Virus record (IMG/VR): IMGVR_UViG_3300009177_000030
Span: 30,721-94,720 of that record
Reading direction: 5' to 3' (one strand)
DNA: 64,000 nucleotides
DNA from: a virus
The notes beneath the pieces were generated by a model. The model saw only the letters and a list, made by a program, of their open reading frames with translations. It was not told where the DNA came from and did not search any database. This document shows positions 1 to 9,889 of the stretch, piece by piece. The position numbers and the translations under genes were made by a program. Numbering within the stretch: position 1 is the stretch's first letter; each line of letters opens with the position of its first letter.

Positions 1-1
1 T

Positions 2-1600
2 GACTTCACGCAGGCTGACATCGCGAAAGCCCTGTCTGGCGCACATGGGGCAACCGCTACGGCCACAGCACCACGTCCCAGTTCACGACTGCCAATGAAT
101 CTGGGGCACATCTATACTCCTCCACTACAGGAGTCTGGCTTCTTCAGCGAGAGCGGTTTCGGTCCCGGCACTTTAGGCAAAGGCATTGGCGAGGTAATTC
201 AGCCCGGTAAGCGGTTGGCCGGGCTGCATGATATTTTCGTGGGCGCAGGAGAGACCGCTTCGCCCGGTGTCCTTCCGTCTTTAGTGGCTGCGCCTGTCGC
301 CACAATCGGAACTCTCGCTGCCGCTGGATTAGGTGGTGCTGTTGGGAAAGTCGGCTCTATGATAGCCGGTGCGAGTCCCGAGGTGTCTGATCTTGCCGGA
401 GACGCCGGAAGCGTCCTCGGCGGTGGCATCGCGTCATCCCCCAAAATCCAGGCATTCACCAAAGGCGCTATCAAGGCCATTCCCGGCGCAATCTCTGAGG
501 GTGGTGGTTATCCCACCCTCTATGGCATCCTGCATGGCAAGACATCACTTCCTGCGGTTCTAGGGACACTGGCAGGCCATGCATTTGGCCACCCCTACGA
601 AGGTGGCGCATTGGGCGTCCTTGGTGGCGCTACCCCGACCGCTATACGTGGTGGACTGGCCGCTGCGGAGAACGCTCCATGGCTTCCTCAACTGTTCCGT
701 GAGCCCATCGTGCGGCCACCGGCGGGATGGCAGCAAGCCGGGGTAGAACCCACTCCGAGCGGAATTTCTCGACGAAGTGGTTCGGCCACGCCTATACTAG
801 CCACTGAAACTCCTACAGGTCGCAAGCCAGGCGGCATCCAAAACCAGACCGCTATTGAGCCCATCGTGCGGCCACCGGCGGCACGTTTTGAGCCGACTCC
901 ACGGCCAGCACCGGATGCTACACCGATACCAGCCACCGAAACCCCCACCGGTCGCAAGCCAGGCGGCATCCAAAACCAGACCACTATCGAACCCATCGTG
1001 CGGCCACCGGCGGCAGAACTTGCCGGCATTGATCCGAACGATCTGGATGCAGCAGCATCGTTGCTGACGAACAACAAAAAGATGTTCAAAGATCTGACCG
1101 GCGCGAATCGTCAGACGGCGATCAATCAGGCCAGGGGATTCTCACAACAGAGGATAGCGTTGCAGGGTAAGCCAGCCGCCGCCATGCAGCCCGTAGCCAC
1201 GTCTGCTCCAGCCACCACCTACATGCCAGACCTGGAGGCTAAGGTGATAGCCGCACCGATTGAGCCACTAGCCTCCGGTGCGCCGATGCAGCCGATTGGC
1301 AACAACATCAACTACCCGGGCCATATCCACGAGCAACTCCACGGAGCCGGTCCTGAAGTAGCCATCACTCACGCATCGAACGCCAGCGCCAAGGATCTCG
1401 CTGTGGCAACGCGCCTGAAGGCGGCCGGAATTACACCAGCAGCAGTGGATGCGATGACCGATGCGGAACTGAACCAGCACTATAAGGCGCTCGGCTATAA
1501 GCCGCTTGGATCAGACTTCAAACCAGGCAAGCGCGTTGGGCGTCCGGCAGATGTGGGGCGCCTGCACTTGAGAACGGTATTGGGGGATCTATGGAAATAG
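2..1600 (+). CDS. 5'-truncated putative virion/ejection (internal virion) protein with Gly/Ala-rich hydrophobic segments and Pro-rich repeats
   Basis: The frame is open from position 2 (DFTQADIAKALSG...) into the listed ORF 95..1600. It has Gly/Ala-rich helices then EPIVRPPA repeats, and lies at the end of a structural region. Confidence 0.5.
   Translation, partial: DFTQADIAKALSGAHGATATATAPRPSSRLPMNLGHIYTPPLQESGFFSESGFGPGTLGKGIGEVIQPGKRLAGLHDIFVGAGETASPGVLPSLVAAPVATIGTLAAAGLGGAVGKVGSMIAGASPEVSDLAGDAGSVLGGGIASSPKIQAFTKGAIKAIPGAISEGGGYPTLYGILHGKTSLPAVLGTLAGHAFGHPYEGGALGVLGGATPTAIRGGLAAAENAPWLPQLFREPIVRPPAGWQQAGVEPTPSGISRRSGSATPILATETPTGRKPGGIQNQTAIEPIVRPPAARFEPTPRPAPDATPIPATETPTGRKPGGIQNQTTIEPIVRPPAAELAGIDPNDLDAAASLLTNNKKMFKDLTGANRQTAINQARGFSQQRIALQGKPAAAMQPVATSAPATTYMPDLEAKVIAAPIEPLASGAPMQPIGNNINYPGHIHEQLHGAGPEVAITHASNASAKDLAVATRLKAAGITPAAVDAMTDAELNQHYKALGYKPLGSDFKPGKRVGRPADVGRLHLRTVLGDLWK
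701..1015 (+). repeat. Intragenic direct repeats (3x GARCCCATCGTGCGGCCACCGGCGG; 2x ~50-nt TETPTGRKPGGIQNQT block)
   Basis: Copies start at 701, 857 and 989; the second block is at ~801-850 and ~933-982. Confidence 0.9.
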
Positions 1601-1726
1601 CCGTCAAACCTCTCGCCCCCGAATACCTAACTGCGGTCTGTATTCACTGCGGCCAAGCAGGTCCGCGAACGATTACGAAGAAAGGCCCGGCGCACCTGAA
1701 GTGTGTGCCGCCGTCGGATAAGCGCA

Positions 1727-1963
1727 ATGAGTCCACTCCCGCCACCAGATAAGTTTGAACTGAATCGGATGCTGCACGCGCGAGCTCAGGAACTCAATCT
1801 GCCTGGTTCGCCAGCGGGGAAGAATGGGCATCAGATGCTGAGCCTTGCGGCCAGATCCCATTACGGCGTTAAATCACTATCAGAACTGAACGAAGCCCAG
1901 ATGCGGGCTATGTATGACTTCTTAGACAGCAAGAGGCGGTTGCCCGTCAAAGGTGAACTCTAG
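1727..1963 (+). CDS. Hypothetical protein (78 aa, YGVKSLSELNEAQM helical motif)
   Basis: In-frame ATG at 1727 of ORF 1703..1963. Confidence 0.55.
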   Translation: MSPLPPPDKFELNRMLHARAQELNLPGSPAGKNGHQMLSLAARSHYGVKSLSELNEAQMRAMYDFLDSKRRLPVKGEL

Positions 1964-2265
1964 ACCGCACGCCATTCTGCGCCGAAATACAGGCCATCGA
2001 CAGCCGCACTAATCGAGAAGCCGCCTTTAGCCAATACCGGGCAATCGTCGGAAACTACGGGAATTCGCAATCCCTGAACAATAGCGCATCCTGAGAGGAT
2101 CGGATTTCCCTCGCCGTCAAATACGGACAGAGAAATCGGCGCTCCCGTTACGTTGCTGACCCAGAGACTGTCTATCGTGCAGTCGTAGTTGGCGACAGGT
2201 GTCAGCGCCAGAGGAACAGCAGTGGAGGGGAGTTTAAAAAAACCGTTGGCGTTTATTGCGGTCAT
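1960..2265 (-). CDS. Small beta-rich hypothetical protein, possible virion decoration
   Basis: 101-aa ORF at the end of the minus-strand operon; beta-strand-like composition. Confidence 0.55.
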   Translation of the reverse strand: MTAINANGFFKLPSTAVPLALTPVANYDCTIDSLWVSNVTGAPISLSVFDGEGNPILSGCAIVQGLRIPVVSDDCPVLAKGGFSISAAVDGLYFGAEWRAV

Positions 2266-2283
2266 GGATTCAGGTTCTCACAT

Positions 2284-2997
2284 TTAGGCAAATAATGCCT
2301 CGTAATCCTTAGTTCCCGGCACACACCCGTACCGCTTCTTGAACATCTGTTTGTTAGCTTCGGCTCCCCGGCGGATACGTGCAGCCTCACCAGGATTAGC
2401 CTGCTTCAGTGTCGACGCGCCATGGTGCAGGAACGGAAGCGATACGCAAACAGCAGGTATCCCGGCATCGTGTAAGGCTTTGTGGTGGAAGCAATCCTCG
2501 AGATAAGCTGGCCAACATTCTTCGTTGAACCAGATGTTTCGATCTGTAACAGATTTGCGAATCATCCAGCTCGAATAATCCGGATGGTTTCTTTTAGAAG
2601 CAATCAGGAACTCAAGACTCGGTTCGGGATCTACCACGAACTGGTCTTCGCCCCCGACTGAAACACAAGTCACGAACGGCCCGTTGATGGCATCAAGAAG
2701 CCTGGCGGTACAGGGCGCGATTTCTACGTCGTTGTTAAGTACCAACGCTCTCGTGTGCCCAGCCTTCCACAATGCCCGCAACGCCACGTTCCAGCACTTA
2801 GCGAGGGACCACTGTTCGCCTGTGTGTATCGTCGCAATAGGTTTTGTCGCCAACCATTGATCGGTGCCGTCCGAACAATCATTCGAGACCACAAGTACCT
2901 CAACCGGGACATCCTGCCTCAGGGCTGAGTTGACCGCTTTTTTTGTTAACGGCAAGCCGTTTCGAGCCACGATAACGATCGGAATCTCAACCCGCAT
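2284..2997 (-). CDS. Glycosyltransferase family 2 (GT-A)
   Basis: IVIVARN, VVSNDCSDGT, SLAKCWN, VLNNDV (DxD-like), YLED and HHG motifs; ATG at 2997. Confidence 0.85.
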   Translation of the reverse strand: MRVEIPIVIVARNGLPLTKKAVNSALRQDVPVEVLVVSNDCSDGTDQWLATKPIATIHTGEQWSLAKCWNVALRALWKAGHTRALVLNNDVEIAPCTARLLDAINGPFVTCVSVGGEDQFVVDPEPSLEFLIASKRNHPDYSSWMIRKSVTDRNIWFNEECWPAYLEDCFHHKALHDAGIPAVCVSLPFLHHGASTLKQANPGEAARIRRGAEANKQMFKKRYGCVPGTKDYEALFA

Positions 2998-3151
2998 ACA
3001 TCTCGTCCACAACCGGCTCGGTCTCCGAAAGATTCGCCCACTCCTTCACTCGGTCAACGATCTTTCGCATATCAACCGGTTTATTTTCTGGCGGTTCCTC
3101 AATATTCAGTTTCTGCCTCATGTCGTTAATTTTACTTGTATTTCTCGTCAC
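2987..3151 (-). CDS. Small hypothetical protein (54 aa)
   Basis: GTG at 3151 downstream of a minus-strand TATAAT; overlaps the GT2 start. Confidence 0.45.
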   Translation of the reverse strand: MTRNTSKINDMRQKLNIEEPPENKPVDMRKIVDRVKEWANLSETEPVVDEMYAG

Positions 3152-3175
3152 AGTCAAATGCCTTATTATAGAGCC

Positions 3176-5557
3176 ATGCGTCACGTGAAACATATCTGCA
3201 TGATTCTGTTCCTGTTCCCGGCTCTGAGTTTCGCCCGCGGTGCGCTTCTGGGCTACTGCACTCAGGGTGGTCAGGTCATCCATACGAGTTCCGTTCCGTC
3301 AACAACGAAGGTCATGCAATCCTACCCCCAGTGTTCCGTGACGGTCTTCTACACCGGAGGACCGAGCGGCACTGTCACAACATCAGGCACGGCAGTTACC
3401 TTTGTTAGCGGCACGCTTTTTAACGCAAATTCCGGATGGGCTGGACTCCAGATAACGATCAACGGCGTTACCTATACGATTTCGTCTGTGTCGAGCCAAA
3501 CCTCTCTAACACTCACTACCAGTGCTGGAACGCAGTCTTCTCCTGTAGCGTATTCTATGGCATCAACGGCCCCGGCTGCGATATTTAACAGCAACGGATC
3601 AGCCAAAACTAATCCATTCGCATCTTCTCTGACTGGACTCTGGCAGTTTTATGCCGATGATGGAACGTTTGATATCAGATTATCGGGAGGTGGAATTCCT
3701 GCTCCTTTCACATGGGGAGCTCAAAATTTATACACAGGCCAATATCGATTGCCGGTGGCTGGATCGATACTCACCACTGTATCCGCAAAACTTAACTCCT
3801 TCTACGAGGCAGTTGCAGACTTCGGCGCCGACCCGACGAATACCAGCAACTCAACTGCTGCCGCGCAGGCGGCAATAACGGCGGCCATATCCGCACACAA
3901 TTGCGCTTTATTTGTGGGTGGAAGGTACAAACTGAGTTTTTCCTCCGTCGCTTCCCTGGTGCTCCCTTCCAACGCCTGCGTTAAGGGAGAAAGTAATAAC
4001 AATACCGTTTTCCTTGAGTCAACTGCCAACGCAACGATTATGGCGGTAACCGGGCACAATGTGAACCTGAAGGATTTTTATCTGGCATTTGAGACGGGGG
4101 TCACGGCGACCTCTGGGACGGGACTGAGCCTGTACCCAGATGTTACGAGCACCTCTCAGGTGGTTTATACCTACATGGATAATGTTTCCATTGGGTCACG
4201 TTTTTGCGACGAAGACCCAACCAACGCCTGCCAGGCTGCTGCGAATGCAAATAAGTTGCTATATGGGGTGCTGATTCAATCTGGAGTATTCGATACTTTA
4301 TTTATGCATTCGTCTAATCTATTTGTGAGATGGGCAACAAATGGAGTTTATATGATCTCCGGGGGGCTTGCGGGAAGTTCTGGTTTCGGCGGCGTGATTG
4401 CTAATAAATTCGTGGCCACTGAGATGGACGGCATTGTAGATGGATTCACATTAGCTCCGTCTGGTGAGAATTTTTTCCTGTCAACACGCGTTGATGACGC
4501 GACCCATGCGGCATGGCGCTTCATTTCTAATCCAAATGGCGGAACCTATGGCTCTCAGGCAAGTTCACACAATCACATCGAAACCTACGGAGAGGGAAAT
4601 ATAAACCTCGCCGATTTCACGGCAGCAAACAGCAACGTGATCTTCTATGCAGGAGACGAAACCAGCGTATCCACTGGAAATATTCCGGTGATTGGCGCTC
4701 AGAGATCGTCCAATACTGTGTCTGCCCCTGGGATATTCAGTACCGGATTTTATCCAGCGTCAACTATTTCGAGCGGAACATATACTAGCGGCGGAACGTT
4801 TTCCGGGTCTTCCAGTCAGACATGTCTACTGACATTCCCCGGCGGCGTCGGAACAGCCACGGTGGCCCTGACTGGTTCAAATACTATCGCTGGCGGCACA
4901 GCTCTCACATCTATTTCCGTATCTGGGGTATTTACGACTGGGCCAATCACAGCCAGTTTGTCGAGCGGAACGGCAACGTGCTCCGGCACGGCGGTAGTCG
5001 CCACTGTGATAGCGGCATCCGCAACAAGCCTCGACCCATTCATGGCGGCAGGTATTCTGGATTTCAACAACAGCCCGAATCAGGCGACCGTGGACCTGCG
5101 ATCAACCCCAAATAATCCGTACGTCATGCGTATCAGACAGGCCAGTCATCCCACGCTCACCAATTGGGATTTCCTTAATTTGGATTTATCAAAGGGATGG
5201 ATAATTCAGGACGACGCATCATCGCCACTCACTAAGCCAGTGGCTACATTCCAGAAAAACTTCACCACCGGGGCATCACCAAATTCTTTCATCCGCTTCA
5301 CCTCTGGCGTCAACCCTTTGTTCGTGGGTGACGTAGACTGTGGCTTTGTGAACACTGGAGCCGTGGTTACAACTCAATGCAGATTTGGAGTACAAAACTC
5401 TCTCGGAATAGAGAACTACCCATTTACCGTAGTGGGTGACGGCACAGTAAAATATCCAGTGTCTGGCTTTAGTGCCAATAACGTCGTCTGTTTTAAGGCT
5501 TCCGGGGTGCTGGGGTATGCGGTCGTAACGGCGGGGTCTACAGGAACATGCAACTAA
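3176..5557 (+). CDS. Tailspike/fibre-like beta-helix protein (pectate-lyase-3-like start) with N-terminal signal peptide
   Basis: ATG 3176, MRHVKHICMILFLFPALSFA|RG; DFGADPTNTSNSTAAAQAAI motif typical of beta-helix depolymerase N-caps; Ser/Thr/Gly-rich linkers. Confidence 0.75.
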   Translation: MRHVKHICMILFLFPALSFARGALLGYCTQGGQVIHTSSVPSTTKVMQSYPQCSVTVFYTGGPSGTVTTSGTAVTFVSGTLFNANSGWAGLQITINGVTYTISSVSSQTSLTLTTSAGTQSSPVAYSMASTAPAAIFNSNGSAKTNPFASSLTGLWQFYADDGTFDIRLSGGGIPAPFTWGAQNLYTGQYRLPVAGSILTTVSAKLNSFYEAVADFGADPTNTSNSTAAAQAAITAAISAHNCALFVGGRYKLSFSSVASLVLPSNACVKGESNNNTVFLESTANATIMAVTGHNVNLKDFYLAFETGVTATSGTGLSLYPDVTSTSQVVYTYMDNVSIGSRFCDEDPTNACQAAANANKLLYGVLIQSGVFDTLFMHSSNLFVRWATNGVYMISGGLAGSSGFGGVIANKFVATEMDGIVDGFTLAPSGENFFLSTRVDDATHAAWRFISNPNGGTYGSQASSHNHIETYGEGNINLADFTAANSNVIFYAGDETSVSTGNIPVIGAQRSSNTVSAPGIFSTGFYPASTISSGTYTSGGTFSGSSSQTCLLTFPGGVGTATVALTGSNTIAGGTALTSISVSGVFTTGPITASLSSGTATCSGTAVVATVIAASATSLDPFMAAGILDFNNSPNQATVDLRSTPNNPYVMRIRQASHPTLTNWDFLNLDLSKGWIIQDDASSPLTKPVATFQKNFTTGASPNSFIRFTSGVNPLFVGDVDCGFVNTGAVVTTQCRFGVQNSLGIENYPFTVVGDGTVKYPVSGFSANNVVCFKASGVLGYAVVTAGSTGTCN

Positions 5558-5778
5558 AAAAATACCGCTTCTTCATTTTGAATGTGACGGCCCTCGTGGG
5601 ATTTGGACTGTATCAGTGGATAAATCGAATGCAGTTCACGGAGTATGTGTACGTGAAGGTTCCAACTCCAGGCATGAAGATGTCTGACTACGAATCTGGT
5701 TGCCTGGCATCACTTACACGGGTAGGCACTATTAACGCTGAAAACCGGATCAAGATTCAGGAACTACAGGGACGTTAA
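5548..5778 (+). CDS. Small membrane-anchored hypothetical protein
   Basis: 76 aa with an N-terminal hydrophobic stretch; overlaps the upstream stop. Confidence 0.5.
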   Translation: MQLKKYRFFILNVTALVGFGLYQWINRMQFTEYVYVKVPTPGMKMSDYESGCLASLTRVGTINAENRIKIQELQGR

Positions 5779-6308
5779 GCACTTGCCTCGACCGCCAATA
5801 TCCACCAGTCTCGCGCTATATCGGCTCCCGGGATTTCGCGCCAGTCAAACGGCTTGATGCGGGAGAAGTCGCAGGAGAAGAGGAATTCCCTGAGAGACTC
5901 ATAGGTGAAACCCCATTTATGGCGGTCGGCCTCATGATTCATGAATGCGCCGTACACGTTCGTTAGGTAGATCTGATCTGTGATGCGACCCTGCAGCCAC
6001 CCCTTAGCGAGTGCCCGCATGTCGGGTACACAGACAATCAGAGAGCCTTCATCGGACAATATCCTTCGGCATTCGCGTACCATAGGTCCAGATTCTCCGC
6101 AGCCATAGTGCTCGAGGTTATGATGCGACACGATCAGATCTGCTGAGCCATCCGCAAACATCGGCATGCTTGCGCCATCTGCGACGACATCGGGTTTCCA
6201 GCGGGGGTTGATGTCAACGTTCACGAAGTCGTCGAATCGTCGTTGGCCGGATCCAAGATTGATACGTACTCCGGCTCCCGTCGCGTACTTCTTCTTTACT
6301 TTACCCAC
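5775..6308 (-). CDS. Class I SAM-dependent methyltransferase (Methyltransf_11-like)
   Basis: INLGSG motif I, VNVDI, ADLIVSHHNLEH and RILSDEGSLIVCVPD. Confidence 0.85.
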   Translation of the reverse strand: MGKVKKKYATGAGVRINLGSGQRRFDDFVNVDINPRWKPDVVADGASMPMFADGSADLIVSHHNLEHYGCGESGPMVRECRRILSDEGSLIVCVPDMRALAKGWLQGRITDQIYLTNVYGAFMNHEADRHKWGFTYESLREFLFSCDFSRIKPFDWREIPGADIARDWWILAVEASA

Positions 6309-6970
6309 GCCAACATCCTTTCATCCCGGCCACAAACCGGATCGCTATAACCGCCGTTGAAATGGACTACGCAAGGGCGCGAACCAGTCACAGCATTAAC
6401 CGGACCCTCTTGAATATCCCCACCACTCATCGACTGAAATACCCGGCATTCAGAATCCAAAACCAGACATTCCATCCTGCCGGCTAGAATCTCCAGCGTT
6501 ATCCACCCCTGGTCGTTGCATTCCGGATGTGAGGCGTATTCCTTCGCCATGAAATTCCATCGGTTCCAGATCCATGGAATCTCGCCCATGAACTGGCCGG
6601 CGCATGGATAGCGCCATGGGCCCACGTCTGGGAATTTATCACCAAGATCACGGAACGGGTAGCAGTCTTTCTCTGCGCTCATCAGGCAGACTGGTGAACC
6701 CAAGGCGATGTACTCTTGCTGGATATCTTCCCATGACCTCACGAATAGACTATCGGTGCCGTCCGTGTAGAGAACGTGGGTATAGCCTTCCTCCATGAGT
6801 TCCTCAAGAACAGGCAGGAGTTTTGTCACCTTAATGTCGCCCCAACCGCCCGGGTTACAACCAATGCCATATGGAGAGAGGGGAACGCCGTGCTTGACCG
6901 CAGAGTCCATCAGAAGGTGGATCATCTGTGTGTCGGGATAGAGGCAGGCCGTGATGGCGGCGAGGGTCAT
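6296..6970 (-). CDS. PLOD/LH3-type GT-A glycosyltransferase domain protein
   Basis: VLYTDGTD, SAEKDCYP, YPCAGQFMG, NDQ, LDSECRVFQ and VVHFNG follow the motif order of the lysyl-hydroxylase GT domain. Confidence 0.75.
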   Translation of the reverse strand: MTLAAITACLYPDTQMIHLLMDSAVKHGVPLSPYGIGCNPGGWGDIKVTKLLPVLEELMEEGYTHVLYTDGTDSLFVRSWEDIQQEYIALGSPVCLMSAEKDCYPFRDLGDKFPDVGPWRYPCAGQFMGEIPWIWNRWNFMAKEYASHPECNDQGWITLEILAGRMECLVLDSECRVFQSMSGGDIQEGPVNAVTGSRPCVVHFNGGYSDPVCGRDERMLAWVK

Positions 6971-8421
6971 TGAGTGGCGTCGGTGCTGTTGAGAATAGTC
7001 TTTGGCAGGAAACTACCACCAGCACCCATGGAGTGCTCGAATGATTGGCCGGTATGGTAGAACGGGATGCCAAGTTCAAGACGTACTTCGTTTTCAACCC
7101 AGTCCCGCATCTCCACCAGGCGTTCCGGCGAAATATGGTCTGTCCATACGTGGCTTATATAGGAACCAGGTTGGCCTTTATAAAACTGGGCCTCAGTCGT
7201 AAAGTCTACATCGTGCATGTAGAGTCTGTCCCCAGACTTCGGAGCCGTGTAGCACCATGAACCATCGGGCATCGTTACTGCGTCGTCGTAGTAGGGTGAA
7301 CCCGGGTAAGGGGTGATGATCGTGCAATCGAAGTCGCTCGGCTTCACGTCAACGAGCCAGTCCCGAATACAACGAATAGTGTCTTCAGACTCGCCAGCAT
7401 GTCCGGTGCTCATCAAAGCCTTCACCTTGAGGCCAGCGTTGTGAGCGATCTTAACCGCCCGCGTGTTGTCAGCCACGGTGGCGTTCTTCTGGATGTTGAG
7501 GAGAATGCGTTCATCGGCAGACTCGAATCCGATCAGGATTTGGCGGAACCCGGCACCGTACATCGCTTCAGCCTGTTCATCAGTGAAAAGCTCTGCCTTG
7601 ATGAATCCGCGGAGTTTCCATTGGATGCCGCGCTCATCGGCTGCAGCCTTGAGTTGACGCATCAGATCGACCATGGAACGGTTGATATTAAGCTCGTCGT
7701 CCATCGCCATGGCGGCCGTAAATCCGTAGGTATCGTAGAGGTGGACCATTTCCGCCACTGCGTTCTCCGAAGAACGTAAGCGAATACGGCGAAGAAAGGC
7801 AGAGTTCCTCCCGGCACAAAACGAGCAAGACATGGGACAGCCCAACTGATGGATCATAGAGGCTGCGGGAGCGCCGTCAATCTGGTAATGATAGGAACTC
7901 ACGTCTATCAAATGCCGTGCAGGCCAACCACTTTCTTCGAATCCTTTATGGGTGAGAAATAACGCGGACTTCGGATCATCTGCATTCACAAGTCCGCGAT
8001 CCATTAGCAACGCTTGGTGGATTGCATCCTCTCCATCACCTGCCACGATTACCTCAGCGTATTGGAATAATCGTTCCATGGCTGCTGCGGCCCGTGTGGA
8101 TTTCTTGATCGCAGCGTGCGTTAGAGTTGCGTGTGGGCCACCAAGAATCCTGGTACCGTGTCCACTTAGACGTTTGAGAATATTCAACGCAGCAGGCATC
8201 TGTGGACTGGTAGCCGTGACACCAAACTTTTTAGTTTCCGGTCGAAGGGTGAGGTAGTCCCCGATCACGTCAACGTAATTCTTGACGCCACTCAGGTCGA
8301 GCATATCGACGATATGGCCTGCACGTTCCAGTGACGTGGCAACCTTGAGAATACCAAGAGCCATAAATACCTTCTCGTCCATGAGGAACGAACTCGGCGG
8401 GATGATCAGGCAGATACGCAC
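6967..8421 (-). CDS. Cobalamin-binding radical SAM enzyme (class B methylase-like)
   Basis: N-terminal B12-binding-like domain (ILGGPHAT, VAGDGED), CPMSCSFC CxxxCxxC, IGFES and PYPGSPYY. Confidence 0.9.
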   Translation of the reverse strand: MRICLIIPPSSFLMDEKVFMALGILKVATSLERAGHIVDMLDLSGVKNYVDVIGDYLTLRPETKKFGVTATSPQMPAALNILKRLSGHGTRILGGPHATLTHAAIKKSTRAAAAMERLFQYAEVIVAGDGEDAIHQALLMDRGLVNADDPKSALFLTHKGFEESGWPARHLIDVSSYHYQIDGAPAASMIHQLGCPMSCSFCAGRNSAFLRRIRLRSSENAVAEMVHLYDTYGFTAAMAMDDELNINRSMVDLMRQLKAAADERGIQWKLRGFIKAELFTDEQAEAMYGAGFRQILIGFESADERILLNIQKNATVADNTRAVKIAHNAGLKVKALMSTGHAGESEDTIRCIRDWLVDVKPSDFDCTIITPYPGSPYYDDAVTMPDGSWCYTAPKSGDRLYMHDVDFTTEAQFYKGQPGSYISHVWTDHISPERLVEMRDWVENEVRLELGIPFYHTGQSFEHSMGAGGSFLPKTILNSTDATQ

Positions 8422-9197
8422 TATTCGTATAGTACGCCAGGAATCGCCTGTTGCAGCCGAATCTCAGCCCCCGGTGCCAGATTGCCGTTGCTTTGGCGGA
8501 TGCCGGTGTGGGCGACGACGTGAGGATTTATTACGCCGATGCGACCGCCGCCATAGACTTCGATCTGTCCAGCGCGGATCTGTTCTTCGGTGGGCTGGCA
8601 TGGCCCCAGTGGGGCCGTTAACCGCTGACAGAACGTCACATCCTCTCCCTGGCAAACTCCCGGTGTATGGCATTCCAGCGGGCCGTACTTGCGCCATGTG
8701 TCCCAGCGCATCAGCCAAGAGGGGCCGTCGAGCATGGAGTGTTCGGTGAACAGAGGATCAGTGCCGATGGCCTCTTGTAGGGAATTGTTGATCGGCTGGT
8801 GATAGGGATGAACTTGACCACCGAATAACCGATAACCTGAAGGTTCCAGAAACGTTGCTAATTTGGTTAATTTCTCCAGCCACCCCGGCGAAAACCAGAC
8901 ATCATTATCAGACAACGCCAGCCAATCCCCAGCCCCGAAATACTTCTCACTCCAGTACACCGCCAGATTCCGCGCTTGGCCGGTGATGCCTTTGGATGAC
9001 TTGAGCGAAATCAGGGCCATGTTGCGGTGGTCGGCGGCGTAGCGTTCAAGCAAGCGGGTTGTTCTAAAATCCGTGCTGGCGTCTTCAACGCAGGTCAACG
9101 TGAAGGATTTCTTATCGGTGTTTTCGTAGAGCGATCGGAGCGCCTGGTCTGTTAGACGGGGGCGGTCTTTGGCCAAGAGACAGATATTTGTTGTCAT
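8421..9197 (-). CDS. Glycosyltransferase family 2
   Basis: VEDASTD, QARN, LSDNDV and GEDVTFC motifs; ATG 9197. Confidence 0.85.
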   Translation of the reverse strand: MTTNICLLAKDRPRLTDQALRSLYENTDKKSFTLTCVEDASTDFRTTRLLERYAADHRNMALISLKSSKGITGQARNLAVYWSEKYFGAGDWLALSDNDVWFSPGWLEKLTKLATFLEPSGYRLFGGQVHPYHQPINNSLQEAIGTDPLFTEHSMLDGPSWLMRWDTWRKYGPLECHTPGVCQGEDVTFCQRLTAPLGPCQPTEEQIRAGQIEVYGGGRIGVINPHVVAHTGIRQSNGNLAPGAEIRLQQAIPGVLYE

Positions 9198-9889
9198 AGA
9201 GAAATCGGTAAGCAATCCCTGTAGTTTTCGAAAATCCACTTGTGGGGCGCAATATGGTCGCCCTCAAGACTCCCATCATGGAGCCATTTTGCCTGACCAT
9301 AAATCGGCGAAACGCTGGAGCCTCCACCCGAGTGACGGCAACTAAATCCAGCCTGCCAAATCTCCTTGTCATCGCTAGCCGCTTCGCAGGCGATGAAGGC
9401 ATCCAACATATGGTGATTGCAGTGACCTACAGGCCAGCCGCCGCGATTGCGGAGCCAGTCCACCCGCACAGCCATGCAGAATTGTTCTAATACCGCCACG
9501 CGTCGATCCCCAGTGAAATGACCGCCATGAACCTGCCAATCGTCTTGGTTGCTGGCGTATCCAAGGCGGATCATGTTTTGAATTCGGAATGGCTTCCTAT
9601 AGAGATCTTGCGTTCCGAGTCCAACGGCTCCGCCTGGCCCCGCCGCCACACAGTCAGGATTCTCAAATAGATTCGTTAGGCGCGAGAGCCACGCGGGGTC
9701 GTGAATTTCCAAATCATCATGGCAATATACGATCACATCGCTATCCGAGAATTGCTTCAGCAACCGTTGATATGCCTGGCATGGCGTTCGCTTGTTCTTG
9801 CGGTTGTCGAGGCCGTAGACCGTTAGCGATGGATCAGGTTGACGGAAGCCGGGGCCGGAGCACTGGACTGTGGTGATGGTGGTTTTCAT
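9194..9889 (-). CDS. GT-A glycosyltransferase (family 2-like)
   Basis: VYCHDDLEI DxD motif and terminal CRHSGGG; ATG 9889. Confidence 0.75.
   Translation of the reverse strand: MKTTITTVQCSGPGFRQPDPSLTVYGLDNRKNKRTPCQAYQRLLKQFSDSDVIVYCHDDLEIHDPAWLSRLTNLFENPDCVAAGPGGAVGLGTQDLYRKPFRIQNMIRLGYASNQDDWQVHGGHFTGDRRVAVLEQFCMAVRVDWLRNRGGWPVGHCNHHMLDAFIACEAASDDKEIWQAGFSCRHSGGGSSVSPIYGQAKWLHDGSLEGDHIAPHKWIFENYRDCLPISL

Noticed and set aside
701-1015. CRISPR-like repeat array
   Set aside because: Only three copies, spacers over 100 nt and partly duplicated, all in frame within a CDS, and no cas genes.
2864-3175. N-terminal extension of the 897-aa ORF
   Set aside because: It overlaps real minus-strand genes; the signal peptide and -10 box support a start at 3176.
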